A DNA stretch of 64,000 nucleotides from Bacteroidales bacterium (lineage in GTDB: Bacteria > Bacteroidota > Bacteroidia > Bacteroidales > UBA1715), in assembly GCA_017516865.1 (NCBI GenBank), contig JAFXAU010000026.1:5220-69219 (forward strand), written 5' to 3'. Below are positions 37,690 through 46,152 of this stretch, piece by piece (position 1 is the stretch's first letter; each line of letters opens with the position of its first letter). The translations under genes and the position numbers were made by a program. The notes beneath the pieces are model-generated. The model had not been told where the DNA came from. It was given only the letters and a program-made list of their open reading frames with translations, and made no database searches.

Positions 37690-38508
37690 CTATGATTTTT
37701 CGTGCCGCCAGTTCCACAACGCAATCACACCCCATACAATAAACGGCAGACTGAGAATCTGTCCCATATTGAGCGGAAGTCCCTGTTCAAAATTGACTTG
37801 CGGCATTTTTAGAAATTCTATCAAAAATCGACCTCCGAAAACCCACACGCCGAACATTCCTATGATAAACGAATCCGACAGTGATTTGCCGTGCGTCAGT
37901 CTTTTCCAGCAATATACCATATATACTGCAAACAGCGAAACGTAGCAAATCATTTCGTAAATCTGCGTGGGATGCCGGGGAACAGCCTGCTCAACGCCGC
38001 GAAGCACCTCGGGACTTTGCACAAACACAAATCCCCACGGAAGATTTGTCGCCGTGCCGTAAATCTCCGAATTCATAAGATTACCCATTCTGAAAAATAC
38101 GCCGGCAAGCGGCACCACCAATAAAATCCGTGCAAGAATGGTTTTATACGGCAGTTCCTTTTTTGAAATAAATAAGATGGCAATTAAAACGCCTAAGGCA
38201 CCGCCGTGGCTTGCCATTCCGCCTTCCCAAAGATGAAGAATTTTTGCAGGATTGCCGAAATAGTAGGCCGGCTCGTAGAACAGACAATGACCGAGCCTTG
38301 CTCCGATTACGCCCCCGAGCACGCTCGCAATTGCAATTATGTTGACTGTCCGTTCCGAAAAATTTTCTTTTCTACATATATAATAAGCAACATAGTAAGA
38401 AAGTACAAACGCAAGTGCGAACAAAATCCCGTACCACCGAATGGCGTATGTCTCGGAAAATCTGTATACGTACGGACTTACGTTCCATACAATTGATAGA
38501 ATGTCCAT
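37690..38508 (-). CDS. lgt: prolipoprotein diacylglyceryl transferase, paralog 1
   Basis: IRWYGILFA, WEGGMASHGGALG, RMGNLMNSEIYG, LPWGFVF and HPTQIYE. The MDILSIVWN start at 38508 is preferred over 38556. Confidence 0.85.
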   Translation of the reverse strand: MDILSIVWNVSPYVYRFSETYAIRWYGILFALAFVLSYYVAYYICRKENFSERTVNIIAIASVLGGVIGARLGHCLFYEPAYYFGNPAKILHLWEGGMASHGGALGVLIAILFISKKELPYKTILARILLVVPLAGVFFRMGNLMNSEIYGTATNLPWGFVFVQSPEVLRGVEQAVPRHPTQIYEMICYVSLFAVYMVYCWKRLTHGKSLSDSFIIGMFGVWVFGGRFLIEFLKMPQVNFEQGLPLNMGQILSLPFIVWGVIALWNWRHEKS

Positions 38509-38509
38509 G

Positions 38510-39529
38510 CTACTTGGTTGTTTCCTGTTGTTTGCTTTCGCGGATTGCCAAAACAATGAATACGAATCCCGCCAAAATAAACGGCACGCTGAGCCATTGC
38601 CCCATGTCGAATGTCATATTTTTTTCGAAATCGACTTGGTTGTTTTTTATGAATTCAATGCAGAACCGTGTGGCAAAGCACATAAGAAGTATGATTGCCA
38701 TGATTACATATTCCGAGATTGGCTTGTTGTGTTTTGCCCTGAGTTGATAATATGCAATGAGAATGATGCCGGTTGTGAGATACGTAAGAGCCTCGTAAAT
38801 CTGCGTAGGGTGGTTTGTGGTGAGCAAGCCTGACTGTACGCACGCGTCGACAAAGGCTTTTTTCTGACTTACGTCCAAAAATCCGTGTTCGAGCAGTATG
38901 TTGCGCAGACTTTCGAACGTCACCGCCGTGTGGGGCAGGCAATTCGACAAAAATGCCTCCAACGAAGGAACCGTGTCGGCAGTCACAAGTCCCGCCTGAG
39001 CCATTATTCCGCTTAATTCATGTGCATTGGTTTGAATAAGAGCGTCGCGGACGAATACGAATCCCCACGGCAAGTTCGTCGCCACGCCGTATATCTCGGA
39101 ATTCATCAAATTTCCCATTCTCACGAAGAATGCGGTGATGGGAACTACGATTGCGACTCTCGCCATAAGCCAGAGAAATTTCTTTCCCGAGCGTTTCGAA
39201 AACCACAAAAATCCGCACAGCAGACCAACGGCGCCGCCGTGACTCGCCAATCCACCTTCCCAGACAAAGAGAATTTTAATGGGGTTCGCCAAATATTCCG
39301 CAGGTTCGTAAAGCAAACAATGTCCCAACCGCAGACCGACAAGCAGAAAAAGAAACAGACCGAATGCAAAGTCGTCGACTTCGCTTGCCGACAAGCCGTC
39401 GCGCTTAAAAATTTTCTTTGCAAAAATGTATGACAGGAAAAAACCTATGCCGAAAAACAACCCGTACCACCGAACGTGGAAACCGTCTATAATTGCCGGC
39501 GAAACGTCCCAAATAATATAGTTGAGCAT
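38510..39529 (-). CDS. lgt: prolipoprotein diacylglyceryl transferase, paralog 2 with ~64-aa insertion
   Basis: Same motif set (VRWYGLFFG, WEGGLASHGGAVG, RMGNLMNSEIYG, LPWGFVF, HPTQIYE). It has 79 aa between WGFVFV and HPTQ, versus 15 aa in paralog 1. Confidence 0.85.
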   Translation of the reverse strand: MLNYIIWDVSPAIIDGFHVRWYGLFFGIGFFLSYIFAKKIFKRDGLSASEVDDFAFGLFLFLLVGLRLGHCLLYEPAEYLANPIKILFVWEGGLASHGGAVGLLCGFLWFSKRSGKKFLWLMARVAIVVPITAFFVRMGNLMNSEIYGVATNLPWGFVFVRDALIQTNAHELSGIMAQAGLVTADTVPSLEAFLSNCLPHTAVTFESLRNILLEHGFLDVSQKKAFVDACVQSGLLTTNHPTQIYEALTYLTTGIILIAYYQLRAKHNKPISEYVIMAIILLMCFATRFCIEFIKNNQVDFEKNMTFDMGQWLSVPFILAGFVFIVLAIRESKQQETTK

Positions 39530-39533
39530 CGTT

Positions 39534-39908
39534 TTAGTATTCGATGAATGTAAAGTTCAATTTCAAGAATTTTGAATATTGGTTACCCGACATGAGCATG
39601 TCGAGGTCTTCTTTTTCGTAGAACCAGTTGATGTTGATTTTGTGTTTCTCGACGTATTTTTCTATAAGAAGGAAAAATTTTGCGAGTTGTTTCGACGACG
39701 AGGTGTTGAAATATTCAATTTTAATTTCGAACACGAAAGATGTCGGTTCGGCTTCGTCTAACGTTTTGTCAACCCATTCTAAAACAGGGGCGTAGAACTC
39801 GATGGCGTTTTCGGGAAGCGAACGTCCCGAAATCGTAAAAACCTTTGATTCTGCGTTAAAATCAATATTTGGGGTGTCTTCTGTCTCTGCAATCTTAAAG
39901 TTTTCCAT
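39534..39908 (-). CDS. DUF1987 / SiaC-like partner-switching phosphoprotein
   Basis: TPNIDF..ISGRSLPENAIEFYAPVLEWV..YFNTSSSKQL parallels the SiaC layout. MENFKI start at 39908. Confidence 0.75.
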   Translation of the reverse strand: MENFKIAETEDTPNIDFNAESKVFTISGRSLPENAIEFYAPVLEWVDKTLDEAEPTSFVFEIKIEYFNTSSSKQLAKFFLLIEKYVEKHKININWFYEKEDLDMLMSGNQYSKFLKLNFTFIEY

Positions 39909-40076
39909 ATCAATCTGTTTTAGAATATTGAACCCTTCGTAAAGGAAAATCATGACAAAAATAGTAAATTACTTGAAAAAGAAATAAATATATGAAGAAA
40001 AAGAAATCCAGAATTGTCCGTGGCGGGGAACGTGTTTTTGGAAAAATCGTCTAATATGCTGATTGTCAATTATTTT

Positions 40077-40104
40077 GTAGAGATGCGATTAATCGCGTCT
40101 CTAC
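40077..40104. repeat. 28-nt palindrome (copy 4, one mismatch)
   Basis: GTAGAGAtGCGATTAATCGCGTCTCTAC in a divergent promoter region. Confidence 0.85.
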
Positions 40105-40326
40105 GGTCATATTCCGCCACAAAATACCTATCCATTTGCACCTGTAAAACATTGTTGCGTTAAAAATTCTCGTAACACGAAACATTTATTTTGTTTCATT
40201 TTGAAATACCCGAAACACCTACTCCTTAGGCATATTTTTGTAAAAAATAACAGGTTTGTATAAAAAAAATCAAATATTTCTTGATTTCTGCGTCTAATTT
40301 TTATTTATTTGCAAAGATATATTTGT

Positions 40327-42108
40327 ATGAGAACGAACATGTTACATAGTAACCTACTTGGCAGATTGGGCAACGGTTTGCTGAAATTTGTTGTGCTTGT
40401 TGTAATGGTGTGCAACATGAGCGGAGCGTTTGCAGAAACAATTTCTACAAACACAACACTTTCTTCTGCAAAAACATACTCGGGCGATGTAACCGTTAAA
40501 CAGGGTGTTACGCTAACCATTACAACAACTGATACGGTAAAAATAAACGGTAATCTTATTAACAATGGAGGTACTATTGTTGTTAATGGCGGTATTTTGA
40601 TTGTTAATAGGAATGTGACGAATACGAGTGTGTCAAAATCAAAGGTTACTACAACAGAGACTACATTTGACCCATCTACTGCTGCCGGTAACCCCCAAAA
40701 AAATGACCACAAATTTATTGTTGAAACATCTATAAATTATGACTTAGGAACTATTTCTCTTACTAATGGTGGACAAGTTAATGTAAATGGAAATTTTACT
40801 AACAATAGTGCAGAGGTAACGGTTACAACACAGGCGTCAGATGCTATTTCTCGTATATCAGTAAAGGGTAATTTCATAAATAGCACACCATCAGTTACGG
40901 GTGAAAAAAGAATACAAGAGACAAGATATACATGGTCTAAATCATGGGGAAAATATGATTGGCGAGATGCAAGGGAGTCAAATAAAACAGAACCATTAAC
41001 TTCAAAGATTACCCTTACAAATGGCTATCTACTTGTAGATGGGAATATGGAATTGCAAGACAATTCAACCGTAACATTTGCAGGAACAGGAATTGGAGAA
41101 GATATTGAATCAACCATTCGTGTAAGAAAGAAAAAAGATGGGAGCGGTGGTAATATGACCCAATCTGCTAACGCAGTAATTTCACTTGCTTCGGGAGCAA
41201 AAGGTACTATTGTCATAGAAAATAGGATTACAGACAAAACTACTTCTGATTCAAAACATCCGTGGACAATATCAGATGAAGGAGAACTAACAGTAAACTC
41301 TGGATTTAGTTTATATGTTTCAACATATCAATCTGATAAACTTAATGCACTCATAGATGAATCCCTAAGTGATAAAACAATAGATGAGTTACAAGAGAGA
41401 TTAGATTTAATTGATGATGTAGATATAGAAGAATACTTGCAAGTTACATACCCCGATGAATACGCAGAATATTTAGCAAGTGGTTCGTCGAAAGCGTTTA
41501 GTAAATATCTTAAAGACAAAGGAACTTCTGTAGTTGGCGGTTTTCTTGAAGGTCTCGCAAGTTTTTTTGTTGGATATGATGCTTATGGACAGTTTAAAAA
41601 AGCAGTTCAACAAGCAATGAATGAAGAAATTGAAAATTTAGAAACAACAATAAGTATAAAAGAATTGATAGAAAAAGGAATTCAAGCAGCGTTTATAGCA
41701 AGACAAAGCGAGGGTATTAGTACCCTTCTCCCCATCGAACTCATCTCATTCACTGCCACGGCTACTGAATACGGCTATACGTTCAATTGGGTAACGGCTT
41801 CGGAGGTTGAGAATGACTATTTCACTTTGGAATATTCAATAAACGGTGTAGATTTCAACGAGATAGACTACGTTCACGGAGCGGGTACGACCTCGGAAAC
41901 GTCGGAATACGAATATCGTTGGGACGAGGCTCCAGAATTTGATGTGGTATATTTCCGCCTAAAACAAACCGATTACAACGGCGAATATTCGTATTCTGAT
42001 GTAATTGTTGCATCGCGCAAGAAATCTTCGGGTGCAAACGGCACGTTCCGTTACGGTCCGCTGAATTTGCAGATTCAAGACGGAGAATTGCGGTATATCC
42101 AAAAATAA
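40327..42108 (+). CDS. secreted hypothetical protein: beta-helix-like N-terminal region plus conserved C-terminal beta-sandwich-like domain
   Basis: Signal-like N-terminus (..VVLVVMVCNMSGAFA) and T/N/G/V-rich repeats (VTLTITTTDTVKINGNLINNGGTIVVNGG). The C-terminus is LPIELISFTA..FNWVTASEVENDYFTLEYS..YFRLKQTDYNGEYSYS. The start could be 40327 or 40339. Confidence 0.6.
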   Translation: MRTNMLHSNLLGRLGNGLLKFVVLVVMVCNMSGAFAETISTNTTLSSAKTYSGDVTVKQGVTLTITTTDTVKINGNLINNGGTIVVNGGILIVNRNVTNTSVSKSKVTTTETTFDPSTAAGNPQKNDHKFIVETSINYDLGTISLTNGGQVNVNGNFTNNSAEVTVTTQASDAISRISVKGNFINSTPSVTGEKRIQETRYTWSKSWGKYDWRDARESNKTEPLTSKITLTNGYLLVDGNMELQDNSTVTFAGTGIGEDIESTIRVRKKKDGSGGNMTQSANAVISLASGAKGTIVIENRITDKTTSDSKHPWTISDEGELTVNSGFSLYVSTYQSDKLNALIDESLSDKTIDELQERLDLIDDVDIEEYLQVTYPDEYAEYLASGSSKAFSKYLKDKGTSVVGGFLEGLASFFVGYDAYGQFKKAVQQAMNEEIENLETTISIKELIEKGIQAAFIARQSEGISTLLPIELISFTATATEYGYTFNWVTASEVENDYFTLEYSINGVDFNEIDYVHGAGTTSETSEYEYRWDEAPEFDVVYFRLKQTDYNGEYSYSDVIVASRKKSSGANGTFRYGPLNLQIQDGELRYIQK

Positions 42109-42117
42109 TCAAACAAA

Positions 42118-42266
42118 AGATTCCTTGCCTTGCTTCGCGCGGCTGCGGAAAGACGAACGGTTGATACTAAAAAATGTAAGAGGGAAAAAGCAACGCTTTT
42201 TCCCTCTTACATTTTCCATCCCCCCCCATACGAAACCGTCATTCCGACCGTAGGGAGGAATCTGTG
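42118..42266. repeat. MITE-like element built around a terminator hairpin (second family member)
   Basis: Inverted ends AGATTCCT..GACGAACGG and CCGTCATTCC..AGGAATCT flank a 16-17 bp stem (TGTAAGAGGGAAAAAG..CTTTTTCCCTCTTACA, 42175-42211). Contains a C8 tract at 42220-42227. Confidence 0.5.
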
Positions 42267-42384
42267 TGCTGCCCCCATTATTATTTTCAATAAATCTTGA
42301 CAAAACGATATTGTTGTTGTATATTTGCCTCAACGATTCCGTAGCTAATGACTACCGATTCGTTGCCAGAATGAGGAATGATTT

Positions 42385-42894
42385 TCATTCCTCAAACTTT
42401 TTATAGAGCAGCGATAAACACTCCTTATTTGAAATCCAAATTTCTGTTATTTCCTGTCCCTCTTTAATACGTTGTCGAATGACACGTTTCATATATGCCT
42501 CTGTCAATTCTGGTGCTTCGATTATTAGCCTCGAAGCCTGTTTCAATCCATGCGTCAGCATATTTCGGAAAGCATTTTTGGGATTGTTGGACGTAAATCC
42601 TTCGTGTTCGTACCATTTGCCGTCAATGAGCATATCGGGGCATTTACCTTCGTACTTCGTTCCACGGAGCGAACCATATATACGGGAGTATTCAAAATTA
42701 GGAGAACGCGTCAGTTTAGGCGTGAGAGCCACTTGCCTACCATGTTTTGCAAAAAACAAACCTACGGCAAGTAATTTCTGATAATCAGAATCATGTTCCG
42801 ATACATTTTCATGAACGGCAACCCGCCCTCCATTTTCAAACGTGACTACAATACGAAAAGGCTCCTTTTCATCTTTTCCAATGAGGTTCTCCAT
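42385..42894 (-). CDS. hypothetical protein with possible PD-(D/E)xK-like nuclease core
   Basis: 169 aa. The CPDMLIDGKWYEHEG segment followed by a GLKQASRLII helix is reminiscent of restriction-endonuclease-fold toxin domains, but it is not assignable by eye. Confidence 0.45.
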   Translation of the reverse strand: MENLIGKDEKEPFRIVVTFENGGRVAVHENVSEHDSDYQKLLAVGLFFAKHGRQVALTPKLTRSPNFEYSRIYGSLRGTKYEGKCPDMLIDGKWYEHEGFTSNNPKNAFRNMLTHGLKQASRLIIEAPELTEAYMKRVIRQRIKEGQEITEIWISNKECLSLLYKKFEE

Positions 42895-43144
42895 TGATTA
42901 TGTGTCATAAATGTGATGGGCAAAGATAAAAAATAATGAATAGGTTGTCGCCATTTCCTACAGATACGTTTGCGTTTCCGAAAACATCGCACAATTATAC
43001 ACACATTTGCATTTACGTTTCTACAATATAATTGTGTGAATATCTGCAATTTGGTATTTTTACAGGACTAACGAAGGGTAAATCTATAAAAAATTGTACC
43101 TTTGAAACGTTATTTTTTGAATAGTAACTTTTAATCTTTATTGT

Positions 43145-45541
43145 ATGCAATACGGCTATTTTGATGACGAGCACAAGGAATACGTCATCACCAAACCCGA
43201 CACTCCCACTTCGTGGAGCAATTATCTTGGCGACACTCGCTATGGTGCAATCATTACAAACAACGCTGGCGGATATTCGTTTTTCCGCTCGTCGGTGCAA
43301 GGTTGTTTTCTTCGGATTAAATTCAACAACGTGCCGCTCGACCAGCCCGGTCGCTATTTGTACATCCACGACTGCGAAAGCAAGGATTTCTGGTCGGGTT
43401 CGTGGCAACCAGTAGGAAAACCGCTTGACAAATACAAGAGCGAATGCCGTCACGGTTCGGCCTACACGAAAATTTCGTCGGAATATAGCAACATAAAGAC
43501 CGAAACGCTTTATTTCGTGCCGATGGGACAGGAATTCGAGGTGTGGAACGTAAAAATCACCAACACAGGCAAGAAAGCCCGTAAACTACGTGCGTTCACC
43601 TACGTTGAATTTGCGTCGAACTGGAATATGAACGACGACAGCAACAATCTGCAATATACGCAGTACATTATTAAGACTGCCTACAAAAACGGTTTCGTTG
43701 ACCACGGCAGCAACTTGTATATGCCCGAAGACCCCGACAATTTCCAGAACAAAGATCAGGCGCGTCACTCGTTCATTGGCGTTGTGGGACAAAAAGTTAC
43801 GGGTTACGACAGCGACCGTGCCAAATTCTTGGGAGCATACCGCACGTATGCAAATCCGCAAGTTGTGGCTAACGGAAAATGTAACAATTCCCTTACCGAA
43901 GGCGACAACGGTTGCGGTACGTTGCAAGTAGATGTTGACCTGCAACCGGGCGAGACAAAGGAATTTTCCGTTGTTCTTGGTATCGGCAAGGCGTGGGAAG
44001 AAGGTAAAAAAGCGGCAAAAATGGTTGCAACGCCAGCCAAGGTCGAAGCCGAATTCAACAAAATTGTGAAATACTGGCACGGACGTATCGAAGGTCTTTC
44101 GGCACAAACACCCGATGCGGCTTTCAATAGCATGATAAATATGTGGAATCCGTTCAACAACCTGATTACGTATGCGTGGAGCCGTGCGGCCTCGCTCATC
44201 TACCGTGGCGAACGCGACGGAATGGGCTACCGCGACACGATTCAGGATATGCTCGGCATTATCCACAACATTCCAGATGAAGTTGTTGACCGTCTTGAAC
44301 TTATGTTGACAGGACAAAACTCCAACGGTGGCGCAATGCCTGTTGTGAAACCGTTTGCACACAATCCGGGACACGAGGCACCGACTCCCGAAGCCGACTT
44401 CCGTTCCGACGACTGCATGTGGTTGTTCAACACGGTTCCTACATACGTGAAGGAATTGGGCGACATCAATTATTACAACAAGGTTCTTCCGTTCTCCGAC
44501 AAGGGCGAAGGCACCGTTTTGGAACACTTGAAACGTGCCATCCAGTTCAACCTCGACCGTCGTGGTAAAAACGGGTTGCCGTGCGGCCTGAAAGCCGACT
44601 GGAACGACTGTCTTGTCCTCGGCGCAAAAGGCGAAACGGTGTTCGTGGCAATGCAACTTCGCTATGCGTTGACGGTTTATATCGACATTTGTACCCGTTT
44701 GAACAAGAAAGACGAAGTGAAATGGGCGGAAGGTCATTTGACCACGTTGACGAAGACCATCGACAAAGTTGCATGGGACGGCGAATGGTACGTGCGTGCA
44801 ATCAAGGAAGACGGCTACATTTTCGGTACGAAAAATGACCCATTGAACGAAGGAAAGATTTGGCTGAACCCGAACTCGTGGGCAATCATTTCCGGTCAGG
44901 CAACCGGCGAACGTGCCGAAACGGTTATGAACAGCGTTGAGAAACATTTGGCTATAAAATACGGTTTGGTTCTGTGCGATCCTCCATACGAAAAAACAGA
45001 GGCGTCGGTTATCAAGGCACCGTTGTTCAACAAAGGTATGAAGGAAAATGCCGCCGTGTTCCAGCACACGCAAGGTTGGGGAATTATGGCCGACTGTATT
45101 TTGGGACACGGAAAACGTGCGTTCAAAAACTACAAGAACTATCTTCCTGCCGCATACAACGAAAAAGCGGAAGTTCGTCAGATTGAACCGTATGTATATG
45201 CACAAACCACCTGTTCGACATACAACATGCGTGCTGGTCAAAGCCGTTGCCCGTGGTTGAGCGGTACGGCTTCGTGGGCATATTTCACGGCGGCGCAATA
45301 CATTCTCGGCATTCGTCCCGACTACGACGGTCTGTTGATTGACCCATGTATTCCGGGATGGAAAGGATTCACGGCGACACGTAAATTCCGTGGGAAAATC
45401 GCGAACATCACCGTAAAGAATCCTAAGAAGGTAGAAAAAGGCGTGGTTTCCATCACATTGAACGGCAAAGCTGTTGAAGGCAACGTGGTTCCGTTCGACA
45501 AGATGAAGAAAGAAAATGAGATTGTGGTGGTAATGGGGTAA
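43145..45541 (+). CDS. GH94-family glycoside phosphorylase (cellobiose/chitobiose phosphorylase-like)
   Basis: 798 aa. The N-terminus MQYGYFDDEHKEYVITKPDTPTSWSNYLG..NNAGGYSF closely parallels cellobiose phosphorylases. Confidence 0.8.
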   Translation: MQYGYFDDEHKEYVITKPDTPTSWSNYLGDTRYGAIITNNAGGYSFFRSSVQGCFLRIKFNNVPLDQPGRYLYIHDCESKDFWSGSWQPVGKPLDKYKSECRHGSAYTKISSEYSNIKTETLYFVPMGQEFEVWNVKITNTGKKARKLRAFTYVEFASNWNMNDDSNNLQYTQYIIKTAYKNGFVDHGSNLYMPEDPDNFQNKDQARHSFIGVVGQKVTGYDSDRAKFLGAYRTYANPQVVANGKCNNSLTEGDNGCGTLQVDVDLQPGETKEFSVVLGIGKAWEEGKKAAKMVATPAKVEAEFNKIVKYWHGRIEGLSAQTPDAAFNSMINMWNPFNNLITYAWSRAASLIYRGERDGMGYRDTIQDMLGIIHNIPDEVVDRLELMLTGQNSNGGAMPVVKPFAHNPGHEAPTPEADFRSDDCMWLFNTVPTYVKELGDINYYNKVLPFSDKGEGTVLEHLKRAIQFNLDRRGKNGLPCGLKADWNDCLVLGAKGETVFVAMQLRYALTVYIDICTRLNKKDEVKWAEGHLTTLTKTIDKVAWDGEWYVRAIKEDGYIFGTKNDPLNEGKIWLNPNSWAIISGQATGERAETVMNSVEKHLAIKYGLVLCDPPYEKTEASVIKAPLFNKGMKENAAVFQHTQGWGIMADCILGHGKRAFKNYKNYLPAAYNEKAEVRQIEPYVYAQTTCSTYNMRAGQSRCPWLSGTASWAYFTAAQYILGIRPDYDGLLIDPCIPGWKGFTATRKFRGKIANITVKNPKKVEKGVVSITLNGKAVEGNVVPFDKMKKENEIVVVMG

Positions 45542-45567
45542 CAACAACCCTTTTGCTTACGAACGAC

Positions 45568-45604
45568 AAGAAAGAGATGTAGCAATGCATCTCTTTCTTT
45601 TTTG
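45568..45604 (+). terminator. rho-independent terminator after the GH94 gene
   Basis: AAGAAAGAGATG..CATCTCTTTCTT stem followed by a T-run. Confidence 0.75.
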
Positions 45605-45721
45605 CAAGATTATTCCACAATAAAGGGATTCCCGCAAGGGAGTCCCTTTTTTCTTGCCTACATACCGGAATCCAAGAGAAATCGTATATCTTTGCATTGT
45701 AATCAATACATAAAAAGTATA

Positions 45722-46075
45722 ATGCAAATGATAAAAATTGAAGACGTGCAGGACAAGGTCTTGCAACTTCGCAATGAAAATGTGATTATCGATAGTGATG
45801 TGGCTACGCTGTATGGCGTGGAAACCAAACGAATCAACGAAGCGGTGAAAAACAATCCAGAAAAGTTTCCAGAAGGGTATGTCTTTAAACTGACTCAACA
45901 AGAGAAAATAGAGGTGGTCGAAAATTTCGACCACCTTAATCAGTTGAAATACAGTAAGGTAGAACCTGCCGCTTTCACAGAACGAGGTTTGTATATGCTT
46001 GCCACCATACTCAAAGGCGGCAGAGGGGCTTGTAATAAGTATTTTCCCCATTTTAATCTAAAAAGAAGTATATGA
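45722..46075 (+). pseudogene. ORF6N (KilA-N-related) DNA-binding protein, probably C-terminally truncated
   Basis: IEDVQDKVLQLRNENVIIDSDVATLYGVETKRINEAVKNNPEKFPEGYVFKL..FTERGLYMLATILKG matches the ORF6N core. The sequence then degenerates (GRGACNKYFPHFNLKRSI-stop). Confidence 0.6.
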
Positions 46076-46152
46076 ATCTTTTTTTTCTTGAAAATTTTCT
46101 TTTCTTTGTAGAAATTATACGATATAAAATTCCGAATACAAATTGTACTATT

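Noticed and set aside
43586-45547. 653-aa open frame on the minus strand, antisense to the GH94 gene
   Set aside because: It lies entirely within, and antisense to, a gene with a strong family signature. Its translation is compositionally odd (R/F/V/N/C/H-rich) with no recognisable motif, signal or promoter. It is a typical shadow ORF.
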